DNA from: Candidatus Omnitrophota bacterium
GTDB lineage: Bacteria > Omnitrophota > Gorgyraeia > Zapsychrales > Zapsychraceae
NCBI GenBank assembly: GCA_020632515.1
Contig: JACKFK010000010.1
Coordinates: 35,735-99,734 of the forward strand
Reading direction: 5' to 3'
DNA length: 64,000 nt
This document shows, in pieces, positions 17,301 to 24,701 of the stretch. The position numbers were made by a program, and so were the translations under genes. How positions within the stretch are numbered: the first letter of the stretch is position 1; each line of letters begins with the position of its first letter. The notes under the pieces were generated by a model, which did not search any database, was not told the origin of the DNA, and saw only the letters and a list, made by a program, of their open reading frames with translations.

Positions 17301-18769
17301 AAAGAAACCGGTGTGACTGGATCAAGAACATTTGAATCCCCTGTAATACGTGTTTCCGTTTTTTGATCTATATCATAAAGATAAATTGACCAATTTCCAT
17401 GGCGGGAATCATACCAAGCAATTTTATTACCAAAAATGACAGGTTTAATTTGATTTGCTTCATTAGTTGTAATTTGTTCGAGAAAGTTAGTAGAAATATG
17501 ATATAAGAAAATATCAGAATTACCGAAACGACGATCCTCCCAAACAACTAAATCTCCATAAGTAGTTGGATCAAATTGATCAAACTGATCTGCACTAATA
17601 TTCCTTCTGGAATCATTGATCAAATCATATAATATGACTTCCCAATTCCCTATTCCTGGTTGTAAATCATCATTGCTTTCATACCAAACAATATGATCAT
17701 TGAGAATATTCGGATTAGATTTAAAATTAAATCCATTGACTAAACGCCGCTCTGTATGATCTTGTAAGTTGTGCAAAATAATCGGACGATCATCAATGAT
17801 TTCATCAGTAATCGGATCAATATCTTCAACCGTCGCAACATATGCCAAATTATTACCTGAAATACTTCCGCCAATGAAACTTTCGATAAACGTATTACCA
17901 CCAAATAAAATTTCAGTCCCCTCTGTTTCCGTATTATATAAAGTAATATCATTAAAAAGCTGCGTTAAAACTTTCTTCCAAATAATATTCTGTCCACCCA
18001 ATATAGGTTGAATTTCATCATTTATGCCTGTTGTGAGTTTCTTAACGACTCCTTCAATCTGCATCGTACCTATAAGATTATTTTCAACATCAGCTAAAAC
18101 AACTGGTTCGTTATTAGAAAATTGGGGAATATTTGTAAAAGTTAATAATTGGTTCAAAATACTATCTTCCGGGCAAGTTGCCGAAATACAACCCCATGAA
18201 CGCTGATTTAATGAAATTTTATGATTTAATGCATTAATAATGCTCTGACTTATATCTGAACTTGTTACATATTTCTTAGATTCTTCAGAAATTGAAAACT
18301 CCTTGCTCACACGATAGTAAAAATCCGGTTGTATCTGCTCCACTTCAACCTGATTCCTTATTTTTTCGATTAAATAGGGAATATCACTATACATAGGAAC
18401 CTTAAGAACATAGATGTTTTGTAAATCTTTTTGGGGTAGTTCGCTGGTTAGGGTTTGAAACAAAGGAATTATTTCTTTTACTTCGATTTGATTAGTAATT
18501 TGTTCAAAAACATAACTTGTAGTAGAAGATTCATTATTCTCTTCCGTTTTTAATTTGATTAAAAAGCGGTCTGAACGATAAGCATTTTCTTTTTGTGTGG
18601 CAAAATCAATATTCTGCTCAATAGATGTTTCCAAAATAAAGGCGTCATGATTATATGTCCTTAATTTTTGAGCCGGAGAATTTTCAATAGCCTGACTAAT
18701 ACCTGGCTGAAAAAGAAAGACTGATAAAATTAAACACTGCAACCACTTTAAACCCATATGATTTCTCAT
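14351..18769 (-). CDS. Giant secreted repeat protein: signal peptide, prodomain-like region, beta-propeller repeats, Ig-like domain, and 8 tandem ~103-aa repeats
   Basis: The likely start is MRNHMGLKWLQCLILSVFLF, with GGGGAG upstream. Propeller-type repeats follow the pattern (N/K)K(I/L)(V/A)W.D....GNWDI.LY. Eight C-terminal units share the pattern I.P..G..L....V.F.W..G..VTEYWLGVGT...S.S..PWGNIF......I.GIPLNG..IFVR(M/L)WSKI.G.W...DY.F. Confidence 0.85.
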   Translation of the reverse strand: MRNHMGLKWLQCLILSVFLFQPGISQAIENSPAQKLRTYNHDAFILETSIEQNIDFATQKENAYRSDRFLIKLKTEENNESSTTSYVFEQITNQIEVKEIIPLFQTLTSELPQKDLQNIYVLKVPMYSDIPYLIEKIRNQVEVEQIQPDFYYRVSKEFSISEESKKYVTSSDISQSIINALNHKISLNQRSWGCISATCPEDSILNQLLTFTNIPQFSNNEPVVLADVENNLIGTMQIEGVVKKLTTGINDEIQPILGGQNIIWKKVLTQLFNDITLYNTETEGTEILFGGNTFIESFIGGSISGNNLAYVATVEDIDPITDEIIDDRPIILHNLQDHTERRLVNGFNFKSNPNILNDHIVWYESNDDLQPGIGNWEVILYDLINDSRRNISADQFDQFDPTTYGDLVVWEDRRFGNSDIFLYHISTNFLEQITTNEANQIKPVIFGNKIAWYDSRHGNWSIYLYDIDQKTETRITGDSNVLDPVTPVSFYGNKLVWADKLTTKWDIHLYNTSTREEELITNSISDQINPKIFNNKIVWQDKTFGNWDIVLLTIPDGGGVPVIEAPGTILARFGEPIEFSVVAQDSDAINNLTFLKPLAEDLPEGATFEITFNEPGRIEGRFFWEPNANQLDDFFIPFAVTDGENDVSVITKISVSEGLINNSLQIVSPVPGSVLNSSTVIFQWNAIPNAATYFLGVGTSFEEISHFPWGDIYGENQSLNLTAEVTGIPLNGNDIFVRFWANVSGVWFFKDFNYTTENQGGGEDPLAADLIAPSIGSVLKSSSVTFEWTQGVGISEIFLGVGTNLDALTNEPFGDIFNGLVEGVTKTIDNIPLTGSPIFVRLWSRINGLWQTKDYTFQTSNGVSNLAEIISPQPEFFISSTNVVFEWSDGIDVTEYWLGVGTSFQSISTNPWGNIFAGAVTGNLKEIAGIPLNGKPIFVRMWSKINGKWQSIDYEFQTEDLGVGGKEAAEIISPLPGTILSDTTAIFQWNQGSNVTEYWLGVGTSLESISNKPWGDIFAGSVTGNSKEINGIPLKGNSIFVRMWSKIDGVWESIDYEFQTEDLGIGGKEPAALINPQVGTPLNQTTVTFQWNNGFSVTEYYLGVGTSLQSISTKPWGNIFAGTVIGNSQEISGIPLNGKSIFARMWSKIDGKWQSIDYEFQTEDLGIGGKEPANLINPQPNTTINQSTLTFQWDTGSGVTEYWLGVGTSFQSVSTKPWGNIFAKAVNGTSQVVSGIPLNGNSVFVRLWSKIDGKWETVDYTFATEDQGGGSITEPEIIAPTAASTIDQTEVIFRWSAGVGVTEYYLGVGTTQNSISASPWGNIFSKSVGLAQEAAVTGIPLNGNLIFVRLWFKVNGIWQSKDYTYATVNNSGGSSGESAQLIAPASGSAILSSTVTFEWTSGDGTEYYLGVGTTQNSISKAPWGNVFSKNVGTVTSVEVTNIPLNVPTIFVRLWTKVAGQWTYIDYSFPTSQ

Positions 18770-19007
18770 CGGTTTTCTCCCCAATTTTAATAAATTAGAC
18801 CGATCCGCGGAATACTAAATATACGCGGAATGCTCCTATTAAGATTGAAGAAGTCCGTGGCCAACTTCTTACATCTAGTTGATATTATTTAGTTTATAAA
18901 TGTGTGTGGTTATTTTTTATTTAAAATTCTGACAAATTGTTAAATCCATTTAAGATAAAAGTTATTAATCTTAAATATGATAAAGTAAAACATATAAAAT
19001 AAAAATC

Positions 19008-19058
19008 GTCAATGGGACATAATAGGACTTACCAGGACATACTAGGACAACTCATGAC
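19008..19058 (-). promoter_or_regulatory. 10-bp-phased GTCC(T/C) direct-repeat array upstream of the 1477-aa gene
   Basis: The minus strand reads GTCATGAGTT GTCCTAGTAT GTCCTGGTAA GTCCTATTAT GTCCCATTGAC. A closely related array lies at 41207-41243. Confidence 0.5.
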
Positions 19059-19093
19059 AAAATCGAAGAATTTAAAAGTAATTTTGACTTTTA

Positions 19094-19579
19094 TCATTTA
19101 TTTTCAAAAATTGTTATGATTTGATTACGCTGCACATATATAACTTGTGGATTCTGAGCATACGCCTTTTCAGCATTCGAAAGATCAATATCCTTTTCAT
19201 AATGAAAAATATAGGTATCTTCAATGGCAGGTGAATCTACATTTTGAGAAATACGTTTTGAACGTTCTGGAAATTTCTTTTTAATCTCTTCCAAATCAAT
19301 TTTTTTAGGATAAAGCCGTTCTACTTTCATAAGGTGATATTGATTATTTAGTTTATCTAACCAGACAACCCCTGTTTGAACAGCTGTCTTTTCGTTGTCC
19401 AACAAATCTTTAATGGTTTGGCTAGTTTCCGGTTGAAAGCGGATAATCAGCTCTCTGGGATTATATTTTAGCTCTGAGTTCATGGAAAGATCCTGTTCAG
19501 AGGATGCATTTAAATTTTGACATCCTATACTCCCCACAAAGATTAATCCTATCAAAAACGATAAAAAAACTGTACTCAT
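19094..19579 (-). CDS. Hypothetical lipoprotein (prodomain-like fold?)
   Basis: The start MSTVFLSFLIGLIFVGSIGC has a lipobox-like Cys, and its ATG abuts the upstream stop codon. The body resembles the N-terminal region of the adjacent 1477-aa protein. Confidence 0.6.
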   Translation of the reverse strand: MSTVFLSFLIGLIFVGSIGCQNLNASSEQDLSMNSELKYNPRELIIRFQPETSQTIKDLLDNEKTAVQTGVVWLDKLNNQYHLMKVERLYPKKIDLEEIKKKFPERSKRISQNVDSPAIEDTYIFHYEKDIDLSNAEKAYAQNPQVIYVQRNQIITIFENK

Positions 19580-19580
19580 G

Positions 19581-20228
19581 TTATTTCTTCTCAAAATCTG
19601 ATTTTGATGTTTGCGCGATAATTTTACCATTCTGATCATATTGAATAACTTTATCCAATTGACCATTCTGAAATTGCATTTCCGCTAAAAGCGATCCCGA
19701 ATCATAATAATCTCGCTTTGACTGAATCTGCCCAAAATCAATACGGCTTTCGCTCATTATATGCCCATTTTCATAATATGATTTTACTGTTCCTGAAAGC
19801 ACATTATCTTTAAACGGCCATTCTTCTTTGACCGCACCATTGGAATAAAACTGTTTAGCAACACCATCGTAAACACCATTTTTATATTCCCAATGAGATT
19901 GAAGCAGCCCTTGCTGATCATAATATTCCGTCACGCCATCTTGAATACCTTGGACATATTTTCCCTTATATTTCAATTGGCCATTAGAGTAATAAATTTC
20001 TACTTGTCCATGCGGCTTACCATCTTTAAAATTAGCCTTTTCTTTCAGCACCCCGTCTTCATAATACGTTTTAGATTGACCATTTTGTTGACCATTTTTA
20101 TATTTCCCTTCAAATTTTAATTGCCCGTTTTCATAAAAACTTTTTTCATTTCCATTTTTGACTTCATCCCCAAAAACAGGGAGCGCAAAAAGCATTATTA
20201 TTAAAACAAAATTCATAAACTTATTCAT
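19581..20228 (-). CDS. MORN-variant / YwqK-family repeat protein, secreted
   Basis: It has a signal peptide, then repeated units of the form YYENGQLK.EG.YKNG..(N/D)G....YY. Confidence 0.75.
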   Translation of the reverse strand: MNKFMNFVLIIMLFALPVFGDEVKNGNEKSFYENGQLKFEGKYKNGQQNGQSKTYYEDGVLKEKANFKDGKPHGQVEIYYSNGQLKYKGKYVQGIQDGVTEYYDQQGLLQSHWEYKNGVYDGVAKQFYSNGAVKEEWPFKDNVLSGTVKSYYENGHIMSESRIDFGQIQSKRDYYDSGSLLAEMQFQNGQLDKVIQYDQNGKIIAQTSKSDFEKK

Positions 20229-20449
20229 AAAACATCCTTTCCTATTCTTTTAAAACAGATAGATATTTATTTTGCGAAAAATTAAGGAGTGTGTTAATAT
20301 TAGTACTTAATTTTTTGGATGAAGGCAGAAATTCACAGTTGAGCTTCATTATTATATCAATCCAGTCGAGTAATTCAACTGATTAAAAATCTAAAAAAGA
20401 CTTAAATAAACAATATTCTTGAACAAAAAACTATAATTAATGAATTTCA

Positions 20450-20541
20450 GGAGAGGTGGCAGAGTGGCTGAATGCAACTGACTGCTAATCAGTTGACCTA
20501 GGTAACTGGGTCCTCGGGTTCGAATCCCGGCCTCTCCGCCA
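20450..20541 (+). tRNA. tRNA-Ser (anticodon GCT), CCA encoded
   Basis: The acceptor is GGAGAGG/CCTCTCC and the anticodon stem-loop is ACTGA-CTGCTAA-TCAGT. It has a long variable arm and the T-loop GGTTCGAATCC. Confidence 0.9.
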
Positions 20542-20719
20542 ATTTTTTGGTGAACCCTTCGTCGAGGATTCAAGGCGTTTTAGGCTTGAGTAGACGGGGA
20601 TTCGAACTCAAGTTCGACCGGAGGGTTTTATCCGGTGGATGGCGGCTATACGGCACGATAATGTGGCTTGTAAAGGGATGGTTGGCCTCAGGAGAATAAA
20701 AGAACGAGGGAATTAATTC

Positions 20720-21619
20720 GTGTTTAAAAAATTTTGTTTAATGAACGTGGTCTTCTTGTTGGCTTCCCATGGGGCTTTTGCACAGGAGGAAACACTGCAG
20801 GCGAAAATTTCGCGCATTGTTGCGCCGATGAGAGCAGAGGTTGGTGTTTCCATTCTTGGCATAGAGGACAGGAAGGCTTTGGGTGTTAATGAGGAAAGCA
20901 AGTTTCCCATGCAAAGCGTTTTTAAATTCCCTCTCGCTTTGACTGTCTTGAGCGAAGTGGATAAAGGCCGCTTGGCATTGGATCAGGAAATAAATATACG
21001 CAGGAACGATCTTTTGCCGAATACCTGGAGCCCGATAAGGGATAAGTATCCCGATGGAGATATCAAGATGTCATTGGCCGAGATTTTAAAATATACCGTG
21101 GCCCAAAGCGATAATAACGGATGCGACATTTTGCTGAAGCTTATCGGAGGGCCTGCGGTGGTAAATGATTATATACATGGCCTCGGCATCAAGGATTTTT
21201 CCGTCCAATTTAACGAACAAGAGATGCATAAAAACTGGAACGTCCAGTTTTCTAATTGGGCTACTCCCGTAGCTATCATCGAGTTGCTTAAAATTTTTTA
21301 TGAAGAGAAGATTTTATCCCGTAAAAGCTTTGATTTTCTTTGGGGTGTGATGACGGAAACAAAGACAGGGCAGAACAGGATCAAGGGGCAGTTGCCGCAA
21401 GGAACTGCGGTTGCTCATAAAACGGGGACCTCTGATACGAATAAGGAAGGAATTACGGCAGCTGTCAATGATGTGGGGATTATCACTTTACCCGACGGTA
21501 AACATGTCGCCATTGCTGTATTTATTGCCAACTCGCGCGAGGATGTCGCAACGAATGAAAAGATCATCTCCGACATCTCCAGGGCCGTCTGGGATAATTT
21601 TGATGGACGCGTGCGGTGA
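20720..21619 (+). CDS. bla: Class A beta-lactamase (serine beta-lactamase)
   Basis: It has a signal peptide plus the S-x-x-K motif (QSVFKF), SDN (AQSDNNG) and KTG (AHKTGTS). It starts with GTG, with GAGGGA upstream. Confidence 0.85.
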   Translation: MFKKFCLMNVVFLLASHGAFAQEETLQAKISRIVAPMRAEVGVSILGIEDRKALGVNEESKFPMQSVFKFPLALTVLSEVDKGRLALDQEINIRRNDLLPNTWSPIRDKYPDGDIKMSLAEILKYTVAQSDNNGCDILLKLIGGPAVVNDYIHGLGIKDFSVQFNEQEMHKNWNVQFSNWATPVAIIELLKIFYEEKILSRKSFDFLWGVMTETKTGQNRIKGQLPQGTAVAHKTGTSDTNKEGITAAVNDVGIITLPDGKHVAIAVFIANSREDVATNEKIISDISRAVWDNFDGRVR

Positions 21620-21694
21620 GGCGAGAAACGTCTGGATTGTGCCGGGCGCTGGCGGCAGATAAAGAGCGTGTTGGGTTAAAGTCTCGAGAGAATT

Positions 21695-22066
21695 ATGAGT
21701 CAAAGAATGCTTACTGAGAAACAAGCAAGAGAATTTGCAAGCCATTGGATTGATGGATGGAATTCACACAATCTGGATGCGATTATGGCGCATTATGACG
21801 AGAAAGTTGTTTTGACTTCTCCAGTCGCGCAAAAGATTATGAATATCCCATCCGGCACAATCGAGGGCAAAGCAGCATTGCAAGTTTACTTTGCCAAAGG
21901 ACTGGACTTTTACCCTGATTTAAGATTTGAACTTATTGAGGTAATGTGGGGAATAAAAAGCGTGGTTGTGCATTACAAAAATCAGAAAGGTATAAAAGTT
22001 GGGGAATTAATGGAATTTGGTCTGACAGGTAAAGTTATTAGGGTTATTGTAAATTATAATAGTTAG
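21695..22066 (+). CDS. NTF2-like / SnoaL-type small protein
   Basis: ASHWIDGWNSHNLDAIMAHYDEKVVLTSP is typical of the SnoaL/DUF4440-like alpha+beta barrel family. Confidence 0.6.
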   Translation: MSQRMLTEKQAREFASHWIDGWNSHNLDAIMAHYDEKVVLTSPVAQKIMNIPSGTIEGKAALQVYFAKGLDFYPDLRFELIEVMWGIKSVVVHYKNQKGIKVGELMEFGLTGKVIRVIVNYNS

Positions 22067-22291
22067 CGCCGTTTTGATAAAATACCTTTACGGTATGGCT
22101 GGGTAGTGTCGATGGGTAGGTCAAGAGATATTAGCGACCCCGTACTTCGTTTGCGATAAATTTTTATAAGTAGCGGTATTTCAAGGGGTTGTAGGGTTCG
22201 CCTATCGTCAACGACTACCCGTTTTTAAAGAATTACACTTCTTCTGACTAAAAAAACTCCTCTCACTTTTCACACGCTTCAACTTTTAGTA

Positions 22292-22771
22292 TTAATTAAG
22301 ATTTTCAAACGATCGTTTTTGCTGGAAGAATCGACGGATAAGCGCAGCGCACTCATCGGCCAGGATACCGGGAATGATTTCCACTTTATGATTTAAACGC
22401 GGATCCTGCACAATGGAATACAACGATCCGCACGCGCCAGTCTTAGGATCTGTTGCGCCGAAAAACACACGTTTTAACCGCGCCAGCACCAAAGCCCCAG
22501 CGCACATACTACACGGCTCAAGCGTAACATACATATCGCAATCGTAGAGCCATTTAGAACGAAGAGAGTTACTCGCCTGAGTAATCGCGATCATTTCCGC
22601 GTGAGCCGTTGGATCGTTAAGCGTCTCGACCTGATTATGCGCCTTGGCAATGATCTGATTTTGATGAGTAATCACCGCTCCCACAGGCACTTCATCTTTT
22701 TCAAACGCAATCTTTGCCTGTTTTAACGCCTCTTGCATGTAATAGCGCTCTAAGACCAGAAAATCATCCAT
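22292..22771 (-). CDS. tadA: tRNA adenosine(34) deaminase
   Basis: The zinc-binding deaminase motifs HAEMIAI and PCSMCAGAL are present. The start could be the internal Met at 22738. Confidence 0.9.
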   Translation of the reverse strand: MDDFLVLERYYMQEALKQAKIAFEKDEVPVGAVITHQNQIIAKAHNQVETLNDPTAHAEMIAITQASNSLRSKWLYDCDMYVTLEPCSMCAGALVLARLKRVFFGATDPKTGACGSLYSIVQDPRLNHKVEIIPGILADECAALIRRFFQQKRSFENLN

Positions 22772-22774
22772 TCA

Positions 22775-23962
22775 TTAATCCTTAACACGGGGGACTTTTT
22801 TGGGAGGATAAACCGGAAGCGTAATAGTAACCGTGGTTCCTAGACGGAGATTACTATTAATTTTTATTTCACCTTTATAGGATTTAATAATCGTATGCGC
22901 AATGGCCAGCCCTAAACCTGAGTTCTTTTCAACTCCTCGCTGCTTAGTCGTATAAAAAGGTTCAAACACATGCGGTAATACATCTGCTGGAATTCCGACT
23001 CCTGTATCTTTACATTCTATCTGAATTAAATCCTGATCGATAAGATATTTTGTTTTCAGTTGAATTTTTCCGTCTAACGGAATTGCTTGAATCGCATTGT
23101 TAAGAACATTAATAATGACCTGGCTGAATTCCAATGTCCCAATCGCGGCTTCCGGAATAGCCGGATCAAATTTTGTTACTAATTTAATATTTGATAGTTG
23201 AATATTATGTCTTACCATTCGAATGCCTTCAAACATAATCGTATTTACGTTACAATGATGATCTTTAATTCCAACCTTTCTTCTATTAATTGTTAATAAC
23301 CGGTATGTCGTATCAAAACAGTATTTCACCTGATTATGCATAGAATTTAATGTATTCATCAAACTTTTATATTCTTTATACCCGACATATTCAAAATCCC
23401 GATCCTTATACTGATCAATCAAGCTTTGTGTACGCGCCAACAAACCTCGAAGGGGCGCTTGTATTTCCTGTGTGGTTCCAGCAATAAACTGTTTTAAAGC
23501 CTTTAACTTTTCATCTTCAACAATTTTATTCTGCATTGCCAATTGCTCGCTAATATTGCGGGCAACTGTCACAATAAATTCTTCATTATTCCATTCTAAA
23601 TACGTCGCTGTGATATCAACTGTCTGCACAATTCCTCCATGAGTAATCCTCTTTGCCGTAAAAGAAATTGGCTTTGCCCGTTTTTTTAAAAGATTAAAAT
23701 GTATCTTCTTCCAATCATCTATGGATATTTTGTCGGCTAATAAATCAACAATTTTCTTGCAAAGGATTTCATCTTCGGAAAACCCCAAAGCCTTTAAAGC
23801 CGTACTATTCGCATAAATAATCTGGCCAGATGAATCCAAGACTAACACTTCATCACCAAGAACAGAAACAACTTTCAAAAAGAATTGAGACATTTTAATG
23901 GGAGAAACGTTCTTATCGTTTAACAAGCTTTTCTTTTTTGATGGGTTAGATTCCGCAGCCAT
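22775..23962 (-). CDS. PAS-domain sensor histidine kinase
   Basis: It has a PAS region, then an HATPase_c domain with NAIQA..DTGVGI..GLGLAI. I chose the start MAAESNP at 23962 (AGGAG upstream) because the track ORF would overlap tRNA-Arg. Confidence 0.8.
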   Translation of the reverse strand: MAAESNPSKKKSLLNDKNVSPIKMSQFFLKVVSVLGDEVLVLDSSGQIIYANSTALKALGFSEDEILCKKIVDLLADKISIDDWKKIHFNLLKKRAKPISFTAKRITHGGIVQTVDITATYLEWNNEEFIVTVARNISEQLAMQNKIVEDEKLKALKQFIAGTTQEIQAPLRGLLARTQSLIDQYKDRDFEYVGYKEYKSLMNTLNSMHNQVKYCFDTTYRLLTINRRKVGIKDHHCNVNTIMFEGIRMVRHNIQLSNIKLVTKFDPAIPEAAIGTLEFSQVIINVLNNAIQAIPLDGKIQLKTKYLIDQDLIQIECKDTGVGIPADVLPHVFEPFYTTKQRGVEKNSGLGLAIAHTIIKSYKGEIKINSNLRLGTTVTITLPVYPPKKVPRVKD

Positions 23963-24012
23963 TATTGGGGAGCTCCTAAACTGAATTAAGATGTCCAAAA
24001 GATCACAAAACA

Positions 24013-24086
24013 CGCGCCCGAGAGGATTCGAACCTCTAACCTTCTGTTCCGTAGACAGATGCTCTATCCAATTGAGCTACGGGCGC
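24013..24086 (-). tRNA. tRNA-Arg (anticodon ACG), no encoded CCA
   Basis: The acceptor is GCGCCCG/CGGGCGC, the anticodon stem-loop is TCTGT-CTACGGA-ACAGA, and the T-loop is GGTTCGAATCC. Confidence 0.9.
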
Positions 24087-24223
24087 ATATTCTAAAAATT
24101 ACTATAGTTGATTGCGCACAGTATTGTTTTCCGCTATATCATTATTTTCTGAAAAACATACGGGCGCATATTCTAAAATATCAAAATAGATGTCTGCGCA
24201 CTATGGCGCATATATTCTAAAAC
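24079..24223. repeat. Three direct copies of the tRNA-Arg 5' end plus flank
   Basis: acgggcgcatattctaaaa occurs at 24079-24097 and 24161-24179. The degenerate copy tggcgcatatattctaaaa lies at 24205-24223. Confidence 0.8.
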
Positions 24224-24325
24224 TGTGAATATAGAATATTAACTTTAAAGGTAGATTATAACAATAGTTTCAAATTACGCAAGTTTGAAAAGCAATCTTT
24301 AAAAAACTCTCTTATCAAGAAAGAA

Positions 24326-24688
24326 TCAGGTATCGCGATGAACTAAATCCAGTGAAAAAGCAGGCAGACAAACTGCTACATATTCAGCTCCCTCATCAGG
24401 CGTGCTGTATTGAACCCATTCTCCCCGCGGACATATAATCGCTTGCCCAGCTGTTACCTTGATCTCACTCTGATCTTCTGAACGGACCGTAAGAATACCT
24501 TTTACAACCAATGTATATTCGTCAAACTCAGGTTTCTGCCCCGGTTCAATCCATCCCAGAGGACTGTTCATATACGCGATACTTACCGCATTTGTTTTTG
24601 AATTTACCCGGCCGATATATTCTTTAATAATTTTAGGTTTATTTCCAACTGCTTTAATTTGTGTGGGTTCTTTAATAAAAATAGGCAT
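24326..24688 (-). CDS. Cupin-domain protein
   Basis: The size and the beta-barrel motif GILTVRSEDQ..VTAGQAIICPRGEWVQYS fit a cupin domain. Confidence 0.6.
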   Translation of the reverse strand: MPIFIKEPTQIKAVGNKPKIIKEYIGRVNSKTNAVSIAYMNSPLGWIEPGQKPEFDEYTLVVKGILTVRSEDQSEIKVTAGQAIICPRGEWVQYSTPDEGAEYVAVCLPAFSLDLVHRDT

Positions 24689-24701
24689 TTCGTTTTCCTT
24701 C

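Noticed and set aside
20590-20620. A tRNA or tRNA fragment (ggggattcgaactc resembles a T-loop)
   Set aside because: No complementary T-stem, acceptor stem or anticodon arm can be drawn on either strand. At best it is a degenerate remnant.
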